From Bugula neritina (taxonomy: Eukaryota; Animalia; Bryozoa), in assembly GCA_964035545.1 (NCBI GenBank), contig OZ037769.1, forward strand, positions 13,050,633 to 13,114,632: DNA of 64,000 bases. Reading direction: 5' to 3'. A program made the position numbers and the translations under genes. The notes beneath the pieces were generated by a model that made no database searches, was not told the DNA's origin, and saw nothing but the letters and a program-made list of their open reading frames with translations. Positions within the stretch are counted from its first letter, which is position 1. Each line of letters begins with the position of its first letter. Positions 38,801-53,400 of the stretch are shown one piece after another.

Positions 38801-41395
38801 GTACTACGATAACTTAATCAGCCGAGTTCAGAATAATACTCAAAAGGAGTAATAACTCCTTGTAAACATCGTTATTTAATTATGACTTTGGCGATTAGAT
38901 GACGTACTTATATGTTAATAATTAGATCGCCTACGCCTTCTCAATTGTCTTTTTTATGCTGTCAACTTCACTAATTCATGACGTTTTCAAAGGGCATCAA
39001 ATAACGATTAGGCGAGTCAGATTTCATTTTTAGAAAGTAAGCTTCCACATCAATATGATTTCGATGATTTTCAGTTTGACTATAAAGGGGTACTCGGACA
39101 AGCGTTATTAGTTGTGAAACTCAGTACTTTTCTCAGCAGAGGTATAAACACAACTTTACACATCAGAATAGCATAATAAAAATTTGATATGTAATACTAG
39201 CCTAAACTTATTCATAGTCAGAGTTTTTGATTCAAGAGTTTCAAGTTGAGTTACAATCATTATAGATAAGTTATAATATAGAATATAATACAAAATAACT
39301 ATTATACGTAGCTGGTGACACAAACCCAATAAAACTAACTAAAAACTTATTTGCTGGTTGGCTATACTGTAACATAATTTGCTGAAGTTGTTGTGATGGT
39401 AGATCTACTTTAAGCATTTATTTATATACCATGGTGAAATTTGCAGAAATCAGAGCCCCCTGGTGTCACTTCTGATCATGGTGATAATATTGTCAGGCCA
39501 CAGCCAGTGAAAGCTCAGCCTTCACCGAATGGTAGGGTTACATCTATGCTACATAGTTTAGTTGGTCGTTGCCATTAACTCCATTTATGAAGTGATTTTA
39601 ATTAAATTTTCCATTGGTTATTGTAAGTAGAAACAATTTTTGTCCACCATTTCTGTCTAGACAGTGTTAAACCTTTTCGTGTGTATTTATTTACAAAAAT
39701 TATTTCACTAAACTTTGTGTTTTGTGTGTGTATGTGAACTGTATTAATGATTGTGTTTTACATTCTCATTGTTTACTTCTAGTTTCTTATTTTACTACTT
39801 CTGCATGTAAAGAGCTTTTTTTGCCCTGAGATGCAGTATATTTCTGTAATAACCAATTACCATTAATATTGTATATCTCATCATATTCCATCATTAGCTA
39901 CAGTTGCATGGAAAGTCATCGTAGGCATAGACAGCAAAGCTTAATGAAGTCCAGCATAGGTTTAAATCAAATATTAAACAACCTCTGTAAATAGATTCAG
40001 TAGAAACTTGGCAATGAAATTTCTTGAATTTTATTTATAATTTTTAAAACTGTCTTAATTGAATTAATATCCTCAAAATTTGAGTTTTGATATGAAAAGG
40101 AGAATATTGGCAGTCTGCATGGTAAACTACTCTGGAGTTACAACCATTTTTATCTAAAACTAAAAAATATGAAGTTGAGGTTCAACGGGCTTTGATCTTA
40201 CTATACTCACATAATATTATGTCAAGCCTTTTACACTTGCAATAAATTGAAAAAGTTACATCAATTTGAACTGCAAGTGTTTCCATGTTTATCTAATTTT
40301 TCTTTTGCTGTCTCACTTCATTAAATGCCACTATGTACTTGCTAGTCACAATGTGTATGCAGTCCTGATATGTATAACCTGTAGAAAGCCGGAGGTCCAT
40401 CACCATTGATGACCTGTTTGGAAAGGCTAGTCAGAATTCTGATAACTTAGACTCAGCCTCTCCAAAGATAAACGCAACGACAGCATTTAAACGGTACTCT
40501 CATCTCCCTGAGCACGTAATAACGTAATATGTTTAGTGTTTGTGTTTTGATGTGATACTTTTTAATAGCATGCAGTTTCAATATAGACTGGTCATTTTAC
40601 TTCATCTAGTACACACTCGGTATTTCTAGTTTTTTTAGCCGTTTTTCACAGTTTAGCTGCTAATGTATATGGTTTGTAGGCTAAACTAACAAACTATTAA
40701 CTAATACAACTAAGTAATCAAGATTATTTCTAACTTTGCTTGATTTCCTATGTTTTTCCCTAATGTTTTAGGGAATTGGGATATGCAGACCGTGATGGAA
40801 AAACCATCATGGTATGCAGATATATATTTAGCTCATATGACAACGACATTGGAATTTATTGTTGCAGGACCCCCCAAACATTTTTTGCTATGCATAGTTA
40901 GAATCAGCACATAAAATTATACCATACAGTAAATTTTCATGAATTTTTAGCAAACTTCAATTTTTGGTTATAATTTACTGATGTGTACTAAATAAGGTAA
41001 AATGGCCGCTAAACTGCTGACTATTGTTTGCTGACCTACTAGACAAGCCTCTACTTCTTGTGATGTATTGCAGCCTCATGTCTCTAGACCAGATGACCAC
41101 AGTTACAGAGTTGGAGAAGGAGCACAGTCCTGACCCGGCAGCGGCTAGACTCATTACTCCTTCTCTCTTAGCCGCATCTTCTGTCACAGCTGCCTCACTT
41201 CCTGCTGCCGACCAATCTACCAGCTCACCGGTTGTCCGTCCAAAAGTGAGTATGCACTACTACTAGTACTAGCACAAGTACTACCACTATACTACTAATG
41301 CTACTACTATTACAAGTACTGCTGCTACCACTATACTACTAGTGCTACTACTATCACAAGTACTACTACTGCTACTACTACTACTACTACTACTG

Positions 41396-41433
<38 letters not shown>

Positions 41434-41450
41434 GCTACTGCTACTGCTAG

Positions 41451-41493
<43 letters not shown>

Positions 41494-41510
41494 GCTACTG
41501 CTACTGCTAG

Positions 41511-41547
<37 letters not shown>

Positions 41548-42793
41548 GCTACTACTACTACTACTGCTACTACTACTACTACCGCTACCGCTACTACTAC
41601 CACTACTACTACTGCTGCTGCTGCCGCTGCTGCTGCTGCTGCCGCTGCTGCTGCTGCTACTACTGATACTACTACTACCACTACTACTGCTGCTACTACT
41701 ACTACTACTACTACTACTACTGCTACTACTACTACTACCACTGCTACTACTACTGATACTACTACTACCACTACTACTACTACTACTACTACCACTGCTA
41801 CTACTACTGCTGCTGCTACTGCTACTACTGCTACTGCTGCCAATGCTGCTGTTACTGCGGCGGCTGCTACTGCTGCTACTACGGAATATTGACTACTACA
41901 CCATGTATTGTATTTAGCCACAGACGACTGACCCTGCCACCCCCAAGCAACTTCACACTCTGAAACTAGACAAGTCGGAGCTCCTCTCCCCCATGGCGTT
42001 CTCAGCTGCCCGCACCGTCTCCTCTAGTCACACCCAGATTCCCGTCGCCATCAACCCTCCCCAGACATTCAACGTCAGCTCCTCGGGTCGGTAAACAGGA
42101 TGTTACATCATGTCAACTTTCTGCACTCAGTTAACAGCTGACTCTCTGTTAATTATTGTCTGATCACTTAGTTTCATCAGTAGTAATTGCATTTAACGGC
42201 AAAAACTTTGAATTTAAATTAATAAGTCAATTTTATTATTATAATTTAAATCCTTCAACAGAATCTGATGTATTGTTGTGGCTGTTATTTTAGGTTTCAC
42301 GAGTATTATGCAAACGTCATCCATGAGCTCTAGAGACCCTGTCCTACCCTCACAGTCAGCTGGTGCAGAGACATCATTGGCCTCTGGTCTACCCGTCACG
42401 GCCCTCACTAAGGAACAACTGAGGCAGGCTTTGCTACATATGCTCAACGTGAGTGTGTGTGTGAAACATATGCAGACGTCACACATGCAGACGTTTGCTG
42501 TGGTATTCAGTGTTGTATCACCAGAGTCTAATATTTGTCCTTCAAAATGTCAACTACTGTCACATGAATTGAGATTGGATGAGTTGAAAGTCTAACTTTA
42601 ATCCTCTTTTCAACTGAAAGTTTGACTTTTTTGCTAAAACTAAATCTTCCAACAACATTGAATTAGAATACACTCACTCATTGCTTTCATATTCCTGCAG
42701 TTGATTGGCTGTTGATTGCAGAATAACGACGGTTTCCTAGACGATCTGCACACTGCGTATATAGAGAGTTTACGTCTCTCTCTCACCAGGTGA
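35862..42793 (+). CDS. DCP1: mRNA-decapping enzyme subunit 1 (~426 aa, 11 exons)
   Basis: Exons 35862-35993, 37148-37188, 37517-37644, 37773-37836, 38339-38492, 39447-39531, 40385-40493, 41074-41245, 41918(or 41924)-42086, 42294-42448, 42722-42793. EVH1 motifs NLATLQ..DPFI, WEKTDIEGALFVYER, QVPFLLYRN and IYGIWFY; helical motifs DIIQMLNKA and ITIDDLFG; trimerisation domain LTKEQLRQALLHMLNNNDGFLDDLHTAY. Confidence 0.95.
36001..36660. repeat. (ACTATG)n and degenerate triplet-periodic tract in DCP1 intron 1
   Basis: Perfect hexamers at 36002-36040, then a degenerate ATT/ATG/ACT-periodic sequence. Confidence 0.7.
38696..39156. mobile_element. ~460-bp MITE (family E)
   Basis: TIR AAGTTGGGTTTATACCT / AGGTATAAACACAACTT in a TA/TTAA-like context. 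Inverted homologue at 48096-48519. Confidence 0.85.
41255..41882. repeat. (TAC/TGC)n trinucleotide microsatellite filling a DCP1 intron
   Basis: Direct reading. Starts ~10 nt after the donor at 41246. Confidence 0.97.
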
Positions 42794-43543
42794 ATGTTGC
42801 TCTTTTCTCACTCCTGGTCCACAATGCAGTCCGTCTACGTACCCACAATGCAATGCTCGTGATAAAGCTCTTTTCTGGATGCTATGTTCCTCAACAAACA
42901 AGGAAAGACCATTATGATGGCTGACATTGTTCAATTCACCTCCTCAATTGTTTTATTTATTTTCATTGCTGAATGTGAAAGTTTTATTTTCCATCTCTCT
43001 ACACTTGAATGTTTTTTTTTTTCAGTAAACAAAGAACATTATTATTTTATTTTTACTCGCATGGGGAGGGGGGGGGGGTGAGAGTGTATTACTTGAAAGG
43101 CTGGGTACATGGAAACTAGGCACCAAGCTTACTATTCATTATTAAAGGTTTTGTGTACATATCTTAGTAATAATAAATATTACAGCTGACTAGCATGCCT
43201 TGTGTTTGTATGTACTCAAGTGTCCTAAAATACTCCTTGAAAGTTGTTCTTTTGTACACAGACTGTTGAGCGGTTTTTGTAAACTGCGTAAAGGTTGGTG
43301 TAAATGTAAAACAAGATGGTTTTTCAACAATGAAAAACCCTCACGGCTAATTTTAAACATTAAATATGATTTGGTGATCTTTTGCCAACCTTTACACCAT
43401 TTACGTTTTACAAAGTTTACAAAAACCTACTGTTGAGCAATCATATAATTTTGAGATTATTTATTAATTCTGAGTTTTTGTAATCATCAATAATAGCCGT
43501 TTTATGTAAGGAATTGTAGCCAATATTAGAGTTTAATATGCTA

Positions 43544-43745
43544 GGAGGCAACCTTGGTCTAGGGGTTAGAGCATTTGTTAGTGAACGCAAGGTCAGTGAT
43601 TTGAACCCCAGTAAAGGCCATTGGTGATGTTAGGAAGAGTATCCAGTCATAATTGCTCCTGTGCCACATATGAATAAGTCCTTAGCTCTCTTTAAAATAC
43701 CCTTTCCATCGGGGGTTCTCACAGGGACTATAAACTTGCGTGAGT
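43544..43745 (+). mobile_element. tRNA-derived SINE (family B)
   Basis: TGGTCTAGGGGTTAGAGC...GGCCATTGGTGATGTTAGGAAGAGTATCCAGTC...CTCACAGGGACTATAAACTTG. Confidence 0.85.
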
Positions 43746-44411
43746 TTAATTAGAGCTTATTATATTTATTTATATTAATGTTTTTGTTTATTATATATGT
43801 AGTATGCAATATGAAATACTGAAGTGTACATGAAATCAAAAGATTCATAATAGAAAAAATAGATAAATTATGTGCTAAAACATAGATTCAGAATACTCTA
43901 TTATTTGTTATAATACATAATGTTATTACAGAAACAAGGAACTATGTACATAACGAATATTAAAGATGTGGTCACTAAAATATAATTATAACTATGTCGA
44001 TAGCATAAATTTAATATGTTGTATTATACAGTGAATCAAGATACACAATTACTGGTAAATATTTCTTTCAAGTCTTTTCAAGTTGAGCTGACAAATTTAA
44101 ATTTATACTTTTAGATTTCGAAATTACACTTTGTTACAAATTTAGTTTATACTCTTTGGTTACTAGAAATTTAAAAAATAATGTCGGTAACTAGTCAGTT
44201 TTCCATTTAAAACTAGAAAAGACTGAAAAAAAACAGCTTAAACCATGTAGGTTAGAATGCAGTATACGTTTAAGCATAGGGAATTTATATACAACTAATG
44301 ATGTAAAAAACTGTAACTATAAACATAACAAGGATCAGTAAAACATGGGAAATGTGGAGTAAAACATCAATATATTTAGAAAGACAACTCCCGAATACCA
44401 TTATGAGACAA

Positions 44412-47400
44412 TTATTGCTCATAGGCAAGGTTAGAGTTGCCTGCCGACAGTTTAACACACTTGATGTTATTATTGGAAGAAAACGAAGTTTCCTGACTTG
44501 TCTTCAACTTGTCTTTGTTGATAATTTCTGCTAGCCTTGTTTCTATACACTGGGCTGTGAGGCGGACAGCGCCATCTTCTTCCCACCCGTCTTTTATGGT
44601 AGATATCAGCTCGGCCATATCCTATAAATGCACAAAGTAACAGCATGATACAGCTGACCGTTTTGTGACAAAATGAATGCCAAAAGCAATTAATATAATG
44701 ATTTGACAAGGAATGCTTATTTTTAGCAGATAAGTTATTTACTATGCGTTTTGTATCAATGTGAAGGTGATTGTAAAATGATTAACTTCTGGGTGAGTTG
44801 TTTTGTTATCCATTTGATAGATTACTTTGCCCAAAATAGTCATGGAAAATGGACATATCATTGCCACCAGTGCAACACATAACTCCACGTTTCTGTAAAA
44901 CAGCAAACCCAATAACAAGAAACTACATTTGCTGAGTTTCACAAATTAGTCGCCTTGTTTTTATACCTAGCAAACAAGTTTAGTAATACAAGAACCTGTG
45001 AATATACTAAAACTTATCACAATGCAGCAATAATATTCAATAAAGCAGATGGACACATAGAAGTTTGGATATACATAGAGCAGATTGATCTTCAAGATGA
45101 CAGCCCTGTGGAAACCTAACTGACACAATAACAGAGGTGATACCTAACTGACACAATAACAGAGGTGATACATAACTGACACAATAACAGAGGTGATACC
45201 TAACTGACACAATAACAGAGGTGATAGCTAATTGACACAATAACAGAGGTGATACCTAACTGACACAATAACAGAGGTGATACAAAACTGACACAATAAC
45301 TGAGGTGATACCTAACTGACACAATAACCGAGGTGATACCTAACTGACACAATAACAAAGGTGATACCTAACTGACACAATAACAGAGGTGATAGCTAAC
45401 TGACACAATAACAGAGGTGATAGCTAACTGACACAATAACAGAGGTGATAGCTAACTGACACAATAACAGAGGTGATACCTAACTGACACAATAACAGAG
45501 GTGATAGCTAACTGACACAATAACAGAGGTGATACCTAACTGACACAATAACAGAGGTGATACCTAACTGACACAATAACAGAGGTGATAGCTAACTGAC
45601 ACAATAACAGAGGTGATACCTAACTGACACAATAACAGAGGTGATACCTAACTGACACAATAACAGAGGTGATACCTAACTGACACAATAACAGAGGTGA
45701 TACCTAACTGACAGCTTTACGAATATACGATTCTACATCACGGTAAAATGCATCACTGAACCTAATCTGACTCGCTGTATTAATAGACACACAAGAACTC
45801 AATAACTTCAGATACTCCCGGAGAAAGATTGAAAGATTTACAGTAAATAAAACACAGGTGGGGGTAGTGGCACTGCTTGTTTAGTGAATGATGGGCTTTC
45901 TTATGCCATGTTCATACTAGTGCTAATAGTGTGTTCACACTAGAGCTAAAAGTGAGCATTTATTGAGTGAAAATTTTTTCTTGATATCTTTTCAGCTGTT
46001 CACAATACAAGTGGACCAATGCATGGGATATTGTGAGAAATGCTTGCAATCTGCATGTCCAAAGTCCAAACGCATACCTAAAAACATGCAGTGGTCTAAA
46101 ATCATGTGATGCAACTGATTTTAGCTGCAGAATAAATTCTTTCTAATAGCAGTTAGACAGGCTGTAGAAGTGAGATATTTTGGTAGGAGTGTTGAGAGAA
46201 ACTACATTCAAAAATCTAATTTGTGTTTAACTGAACTTTGTTTCCATCAACAGCTTATAATACAACCAGAGTAACAAAGCAGGTCAGTAAGGAGTTGAAG
46301 GTGCAGGGAAATCACAGCAGACCAGAGTAAGAGTGCAGCTTCACTATACGCCATGTGACAACAGTTAGAATGTTGGTGTAAACAGACAGGGTGGTCTTTC
46401 TATTTTTTATTATAATTCAAACTGAAAATAATTTTAAATGAATGTAACTTTACTTTAAACTTCATATTATTTTAGCCAGTGTGACTTTTCACCCAAACTC
46501 AAAAAAGATACTAAAATAGCAAAATTATTTTTCCATTTATCAAATCATCAGCACCAACCATATGCTATGTGATTATAGAGAATAACTATCATAATTACGC
46601 TTACAGGATCAGTGTGGCTGGCAAACTGTGGCCTATAACCTCTGGTGCATACGGCACTACACATCTCCTTCATTGTGGGATTTTCTTTCACATGCTCGAA
46701 GTATGGTGGTTTGTATTCATCATAGGCTACAACAGAGATGTTGACAAAGATCAAATAGAAATCATCTATATGCAGCTCTCAGTTGGGGGTGACTGAGTGC
46801 AGTAGTTTGGGGTCTGGAGTATGGAGTTGGAGGTTCAAATATCCAACCTAAACCCTCAACTCTAAACTTAAACCTTAAACTACTGCACTCAGTCACCCCC
46901 AACTCGGAGCTGTTTATAGAAAGATTTGCTCAAATATACTTGGAACAAATTATTTATACTATATGAAATGTTTAGGGTCCAAATATATAAATGAAACATA
47001 GCATATACTGTATATATAGTATATAATAAAAAATTGAGGATATTTAAAAATGCTGTTCGTACATGTGTAGGAGCAAGTTGAACTCACACGCTGATGTAAT
47101 ACTTGGGGGCTGAAAATATGAAAAAAACTCACGGGACTTGCTGAGTTCGTATCGAGAGAAGATTTCCCAAAGAACGAGTGATGCGGAGTAGATGTCGGTT
47201 TGGAGGACAGCCTCCCTGGTGTACGCGATCTGACCGTTGAGAATCTCTGGAGCCATGTACCTCACAGTACCAACCTGCAGTAATCAGATGTGTGGTGTGA
47301 TAAGGTGTAATACTGTAGCCATTAAATACACCACTGGTCACAACTGTATCGACAAATTTATTAATTGAGGCAGGTGCACAGTAATGGAGAAATTGAGAAA

Positions 47401-50400
47401 AGCCTGTGTTCTAGATTGAAAATGCAGCAAAAGAAGTTATGTTCTCTCAAAAATGTCAACCTACACTCCAAACCAAAACTCAATAATAAAATTAAAGAGC
47501 TTAGGCTATCTCAATTTCTCCAATACTGCTCCTAAATGGGTTAATTTTTCAACTCAACTTTCTAAGGACAGATTTTATGCTTATGCCTAGACAAAGGTTT
47601 TGAATACCAGAGAACCAAAATAACCACACATAGCAATAAAATGAGGTTTAGAATCTCCTTATAACAAGACATGGTGAGCATGGAGAGATCTTGGCCAAGT
47701 TCCAGATGTCTTCCAGACGACTATTCCATGCTCAGCAGCTTAGAGAGTGAAAAGCAAGCCCTAGATGATATAATTGGTTTAAAATTGTTGGCATTTCCTG
47801 TTTTAAACTACGAATTGAATACTTTTCCAAAAAGATGCACCAGAAGTCACTCAGTTCAATACATCACAGAGCAGAGGTCAACGACCTGGCAGAGAGCCCT
47901 AGTGGTCAGTCTGGTGGGCAGACGGTAATAAAATGATGACATCACCCGATGGGACCATAAACTATGGATTCAACTGCCAAGAAACTAGATATTGAAACAA
48001 ATGATGTCTTTCAAAACATCATATGTTATGATAACTGGACAGGTTCAATTGTTACGGAATGTGAACATGTCTATCCTTTTCTTCCACCAGCTATAAAGTT
48101 GCGTTTATACCTTTGCAGAGAAAAGTTCCAAGTTTCAGTTAAAAACCCCTTTATAGTCAAACTGAAAATCGTTGAAATCATATTGACGCGGAAGCTTACT
48201 TTCTAAAAGTGAAATCTGACTCCCCTAATCGCTAATTGATGCCATTTAAAAGTTGACAGCATAAAACTGTTAATTGAGAAAGTGTAGGCGATATAATTAA
48301 CATATAAGTGCGTCATCTAATCGCCAAAGTCAATTAAAATATATCGATATTTACAAGGAGTTATTACTCCTTTTGAGTATGATTCTGAACTCGCCGATTA
48401 AGTTATCACAGTACAACAATTTTTTCGAGGGGCTTTTACAACGCAATGCAACTCGGAGAAAATTCAACTTGGCCAAATTGAATTTCTGACTGAAAGTCGT
48501 GAAGGTATAAACGCAACTTAAGTGTCGCTGGAAAAACATGGCTACAAACCAAAACACTCTACGACATTAGAGAAGTAGCTGCCAACATTACCTTCAGTTT
48601 AAACAACTACATTACTAAATTATACTTAGATGATATGCTAAAAGTTATGTTACCTTCTTTGGGCACCATCAAATCAGGCTTGATTGGGGAACATAATAAG
48701 GAAATATGAAATGTCTTTTCGGATATGAATCATAAAAGAAGTTGCATTAGAAAGGAAGAGGAAAGAAATGCTGTTTTCCAAATAAGCAGTAAATTTTCAC
48801 TGCATCAAAGTAAGCTAGGCTACTAGAAAATGTCTGAACAGTCAACAAGATCTAATTTCTGAAAATACAAAGCAATATATGTCGTTTTTTCAAATATTAA
48901 AAGATTCTGGATGGTGTGACTTTTGGTTACAAAGGTTCCTTTTTCATCAAGAAATAAAATTACAAAACTTTCTGAACTGAGAGGAAATGGAAGATTAAAG
49001 CCATTTTTAGGCAAGAATGCAACTATAATATTTTTATGTAGCATATGATCTGTCAACATTAAATATTACCAATTTAAAGCTACCAATAAGCATTTTAAGG
49101 AGGGTTTGTGTATACATATGGTATTACTTTGGTTTGATATAATAATAACACAATTAAATCTTTGCCAAGTATAGCCATATCTCAATATTTGTGCAAGCTA
49201 CTAGAAACTACACAGCTTATAGTTTCTGGCACAGTGGGAGGTGTTTATGTCTCCAGACCACCCAGTGAGTGTGCCAGACCACACAGGTAGAGAGTGGAGG
49301 AGATGCCACACACATACAGTCACCTGATCCCTTCTGACAGGGTGACACTGGTGACCTGCCAAATCCACAGGATACGACAACAAGGCCAGGAAACTGCATA
49401 ATTATTCTAAGCTTTAACATAACAGCACAACTTAAACTGTGTACATATTAATAATATGTTGTCATATTATATGGAGTGAAATAGCAACAGCCTTATGAGG
49501 AAGGTCTGTTTGCAATAGAGCATGGTGTAATACAGTATAGTTGTGTAATACAGTATAGAACACAACACAGTGGTGTAGAATAGTATAGCAGTGTAATATA
49601 GTATAATATACAACACAGTAGTGTAATACAGTATAGTGGTGTAATATAGTATAGTACACTGCACAGTATTGTAATATAGCATAATATACAACACAGTAGT
49701 GTAATATATTATAGTATAATAGATAATACAGTGGTGTAATATAGTATAATATATATTACACAGTAGTTGAAAACAGCAAAGTACACAATATAGCAAGAGT
49801 AAGGGTAGAAAATTGTTGCAGTCCCAAATCCTTAAGAAGGTGATTCTTCTCCATATATTTGATAAACGTTTAATATAAATGAACTTTCATGAAAACCGTT
49901 TTTTTGGCAAATTATTGTGTTTTATAGGAAAAGAAGCCATTAAGAATAATATATCTGGAACTAGTTCATCTGATAGCTGCTGTAAATGACTGACATGGCT
50001 GTTCTATACTACTCAGCTAGAATGCTATTTACACTGTACTTCAAATCTAGACACGATCTATTCCACCTTATTCTATTCTACACTACTCTATTCTATTCCA
50101 CTCTACTCTACTCACCCGAGATTTAGGATCTATCTCAAGTTTAGTAGCAGGTATTATCTGGGCTAAATTGAAATCAGCAATTTTGGCCGATAAGTTGTCG
50201 TCTAAAAAGCATAATGCATTTGGGTGAAACTCATGTAAATACAGCTACAGTTCAATTACAAATGTTAAGCCAGGCATAAAAATAAAATGAAATAAAACAA
50301 AAAGCTTTAGCGAAATTTTAATCTATTGATCAACAAAGATGCATTATTGTATTAGGAAAAAACTGATTTCAACAACTTTTTATTAGCAAGCAAGCGTTAG

Positions 50401-53400
50401 CTAAACATAAGAAGGAGTGAGCAAGGTATCTGGCGGGTGTAAGTGAAGATTGAGCAAAATGTCATAGAAATATCGTCTAGGGGTCAGTAAAAAGAGATGA
50501 GATGTTAGCATTGCGTCAGAAAAGACTGAACTAAGAGTCAGTAAGGTGTCACCGGGTGTCAGTGTCAAGTCGCATTAGTTAGTACTAAGATTGGAGAAAA
50601 GTGGCAAATAGGTAACCCATGTGTTACTATGGTGTTTAATAAATTAAATGCTAATGAAAAGCTGATTAAATTAGGTGTCAGCATGGTGTCAACTAAGTGC
50701 TAGCAAAGTGTTGATCAACTGTCAGCAAGGTGTCAGCAAAGTGTTTAATAAATGCCAGCAAGGTATCAACTAAGTATTAGCAAGGTGTAAACTGTGTGTT
50801 AGCAAGGTATCAGAGACGTGCTTAATAAGTGTCAGCAAGTTAGGGTTATAATTAAATAGATGGTTATTATCAGCTGAGAGCTACGTTGTGGTGATACAAA
50901 CCTAGAAGAACGTTCATGCTCTTTATGTCCCGATGAGCTATGGGGTACTTCATCAAGCCCTTAGGCAAACACACGGAACTGTGCAGATGAGCGACACCTC
51001 TCATGAAACTGTGCATTATGGAAAGCATTTCCTGCCAGCTCACTCTGTTCTCTACAATACAGTACACGAATATAGGGCACAATGTTAAGTAAGTTACAGC
51101 AGAAGAAAGATGGCCGACAAACCTGCAGACGGATGGATTGGCAAAGCCTGCATTATTTAACTCTACAGGATCTAAAAAAGTCGACGCTTATATAACTTTA
51201 AAATTTTTGTAAATTCTTGTGTGGTCTAAACATGCAGTGGTGTACTTTAAATAAAACCCAGCAGATGACAAACATGCAAAACATGAAGCCTCCAAGTGAA
51301 TATGTCTTTCAAATAGAAGAATGCGAAAGTTTGAATACAATATGCATCTCTCAACAACCGCAGTTGGGAGACAAAAAATTCCCCTTCCATTAGAATATTT
51401 CTAAATTATATTAGACCGGAAATATCAAAAATTAGAACTTGAAGTAAAAGTAGGACTATTTGCTTGGACTGTTGCCAAAAATTTTTATTTTAACCAGAAA
51501 ATACACTTTTTCCAAGAATTGGGGCATATGTGATGTTTTACCTCTGTAAGCCTATGAGGCAAATGTGATGATTTTAAATTTTCCTTCAAATTGGATAATA
51601 ATTAACCAGAATATATCATACTTGAGCACCAAGAAAAAAACTAAGACCTTGAAAGATTATGAGCTCCACTACATTATCTACTAGAGAATGCATTATTACC
51701 ACAGTTAGAAAACTTTTTTGTTTGAGTCCGATGTGTTGAACCAAACAACCAACAAACAATATTGAATTATTTGGAGATTAAATGATAAATTTTAATACAA
51801 AATATCTTGCTATAAAGACATGCTACAAATAGAGAGTCACCTTTAAGATAAGCATGAAGAGAGCCTTTGGGGTGGAAGTTCAGCAGAAGGAAGAGTTGAG
51901 AGCTCTGTTCCATGGCTCCCAGGTACAAGAGTATGCTCTCATGACGCATGCCGGGCTGAAGGTAGATAGTCTTCTCATCCAGCCAACGAGCCCTATACTC
52001 AGACTTGTACACTTTCACTACACATCTCTGTCCCTTGAAATACTCCTCCAGCAGGTAAAGCTTTCCAAATCTACCTGCAGAGAAGGTGTAAGATGCTGTG
52101 TTTTAGCCAAGTGAGGGTGGTTAGTGGATATTTCATCAGCTTACTTATCAGAGATTGTGTCTGAAGTCAAACTCAGTACTAATAACTAACTAAAGCAATA
52201 TGAAAAACTTTGCTTAATAAGTTACTAGTGGGTAATAGTCTATAGTAGTGAATTAGTGATTAGTTACTAGTGAGTAATAGGATATAGTAGTGAATTAGTG
52301 ATTAGTTACTAGTGAGTAATAGGATATAGTAGTGAATTAGTGAACAGTTACTAGTGAGTAATAGTATATAGTAGTAAATTAGTGATTAGTTACTAGTGAG
52401 TAATAGTATATAGTAGTGAATTAGTGATTGGTTACTAGTGAGTAATAGTATATAGTAGTGAATTAGTGATTAGTTACTAGTAGTCCCACCAGAAACAATC
52501 CAACAACTAAGAGTATTAATAACACTGATTGATAGTTACCGTGACAAAGTAGAGTCTGGTTGCCGAGATCGAGTAGCGTGTTGAGATCATTGTCATTATA
52601 GGAGGAGTTGCTGTAACCACTACTGTTTGTCCCGCTGTTAGCGCTGGTAGACAATTCTCGTTCAGAATCTTGAAACTTGGAAGAACTAACTCTCTTACAG
52701 CAGACGGTTCCCTTTTGATAGAGCAAACACAGGACGACCATTGCAAGGACCAAAAGAGCTATTATCGCAGACAGTATCGGTACAATATGAATCTCTACAA
52801 AAAGATACAAGTGACCTCTACATGTATGTTGAAAGAGAAGATAGCATCAATACAAATTAGAAATAAAAATTTTACACTTATCTCGATGACAGAAATTTCA
52901 ATTTGATATGCCACGTTCTTATGTTGAATGATTAAGTGAAAGTTCCTTGCATAATAATTTTGCAAAAAACTTCACATATTGGGTTTCAAACTGCAGACCT
53001 CTGGCTTGGAAGCTAGCGAGCTAATCACTACACCATGGAACAACTGCATCAGTAGTACAGCCTATGTTTGCATCAAAACAATGCAGTGATTAGGAATTAA
53101 CTAAAGTAAGAAAAATTAGCCATATTGTGTAGTGGGTATGACCAAATTATTTGTTTCAATATATTTCTCAACAGTTATTCTCTCCTAGTGTTCTTCAAAT
53201 GTTAATTGAGCACACAGAGGTAATGCCTATTAAAGTTGTTTTGCTCATCTACTTGTTTTATAAAGCAATAAAGAGTCAGCGTGGTAAGTTTGGTCTGGCA
53301 GCGTTTAAAAGTAATAATAACAATACAAAGGATACACAGCTGCGATACCAACACAAGGACTGTTTGTTATTGCAGGACTCGTTAAATAAAGGTATAAAGT

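Noticed and set aside
41331-41921. Long poly-Leu / poly-Val ORFs
   Set aside because: Translation artefacts of a (TAC/TGC)n microsatellite inside a DCP1 intron.
45113-45713. 28-bp and 23-bp (22737-23575) arrays as CRISPR-like loci
   Set aside because: Units are head-to-tail with no unique spacers, lie in spliceosomal introns and have no cas genes nearby; they are minisatellites.
47660-48075. Possible LINE 3' remnant in the receptor intron
   Set aside because: Only faint resemblance (W.DDI.RW-like); not supportable without a search.
52590-52660. GS box implying a type I receptor
   Set aside because: Ser/Gly-rich but lacks SGSGSG-LP-L-QRT, and the kinase motifs are type II.
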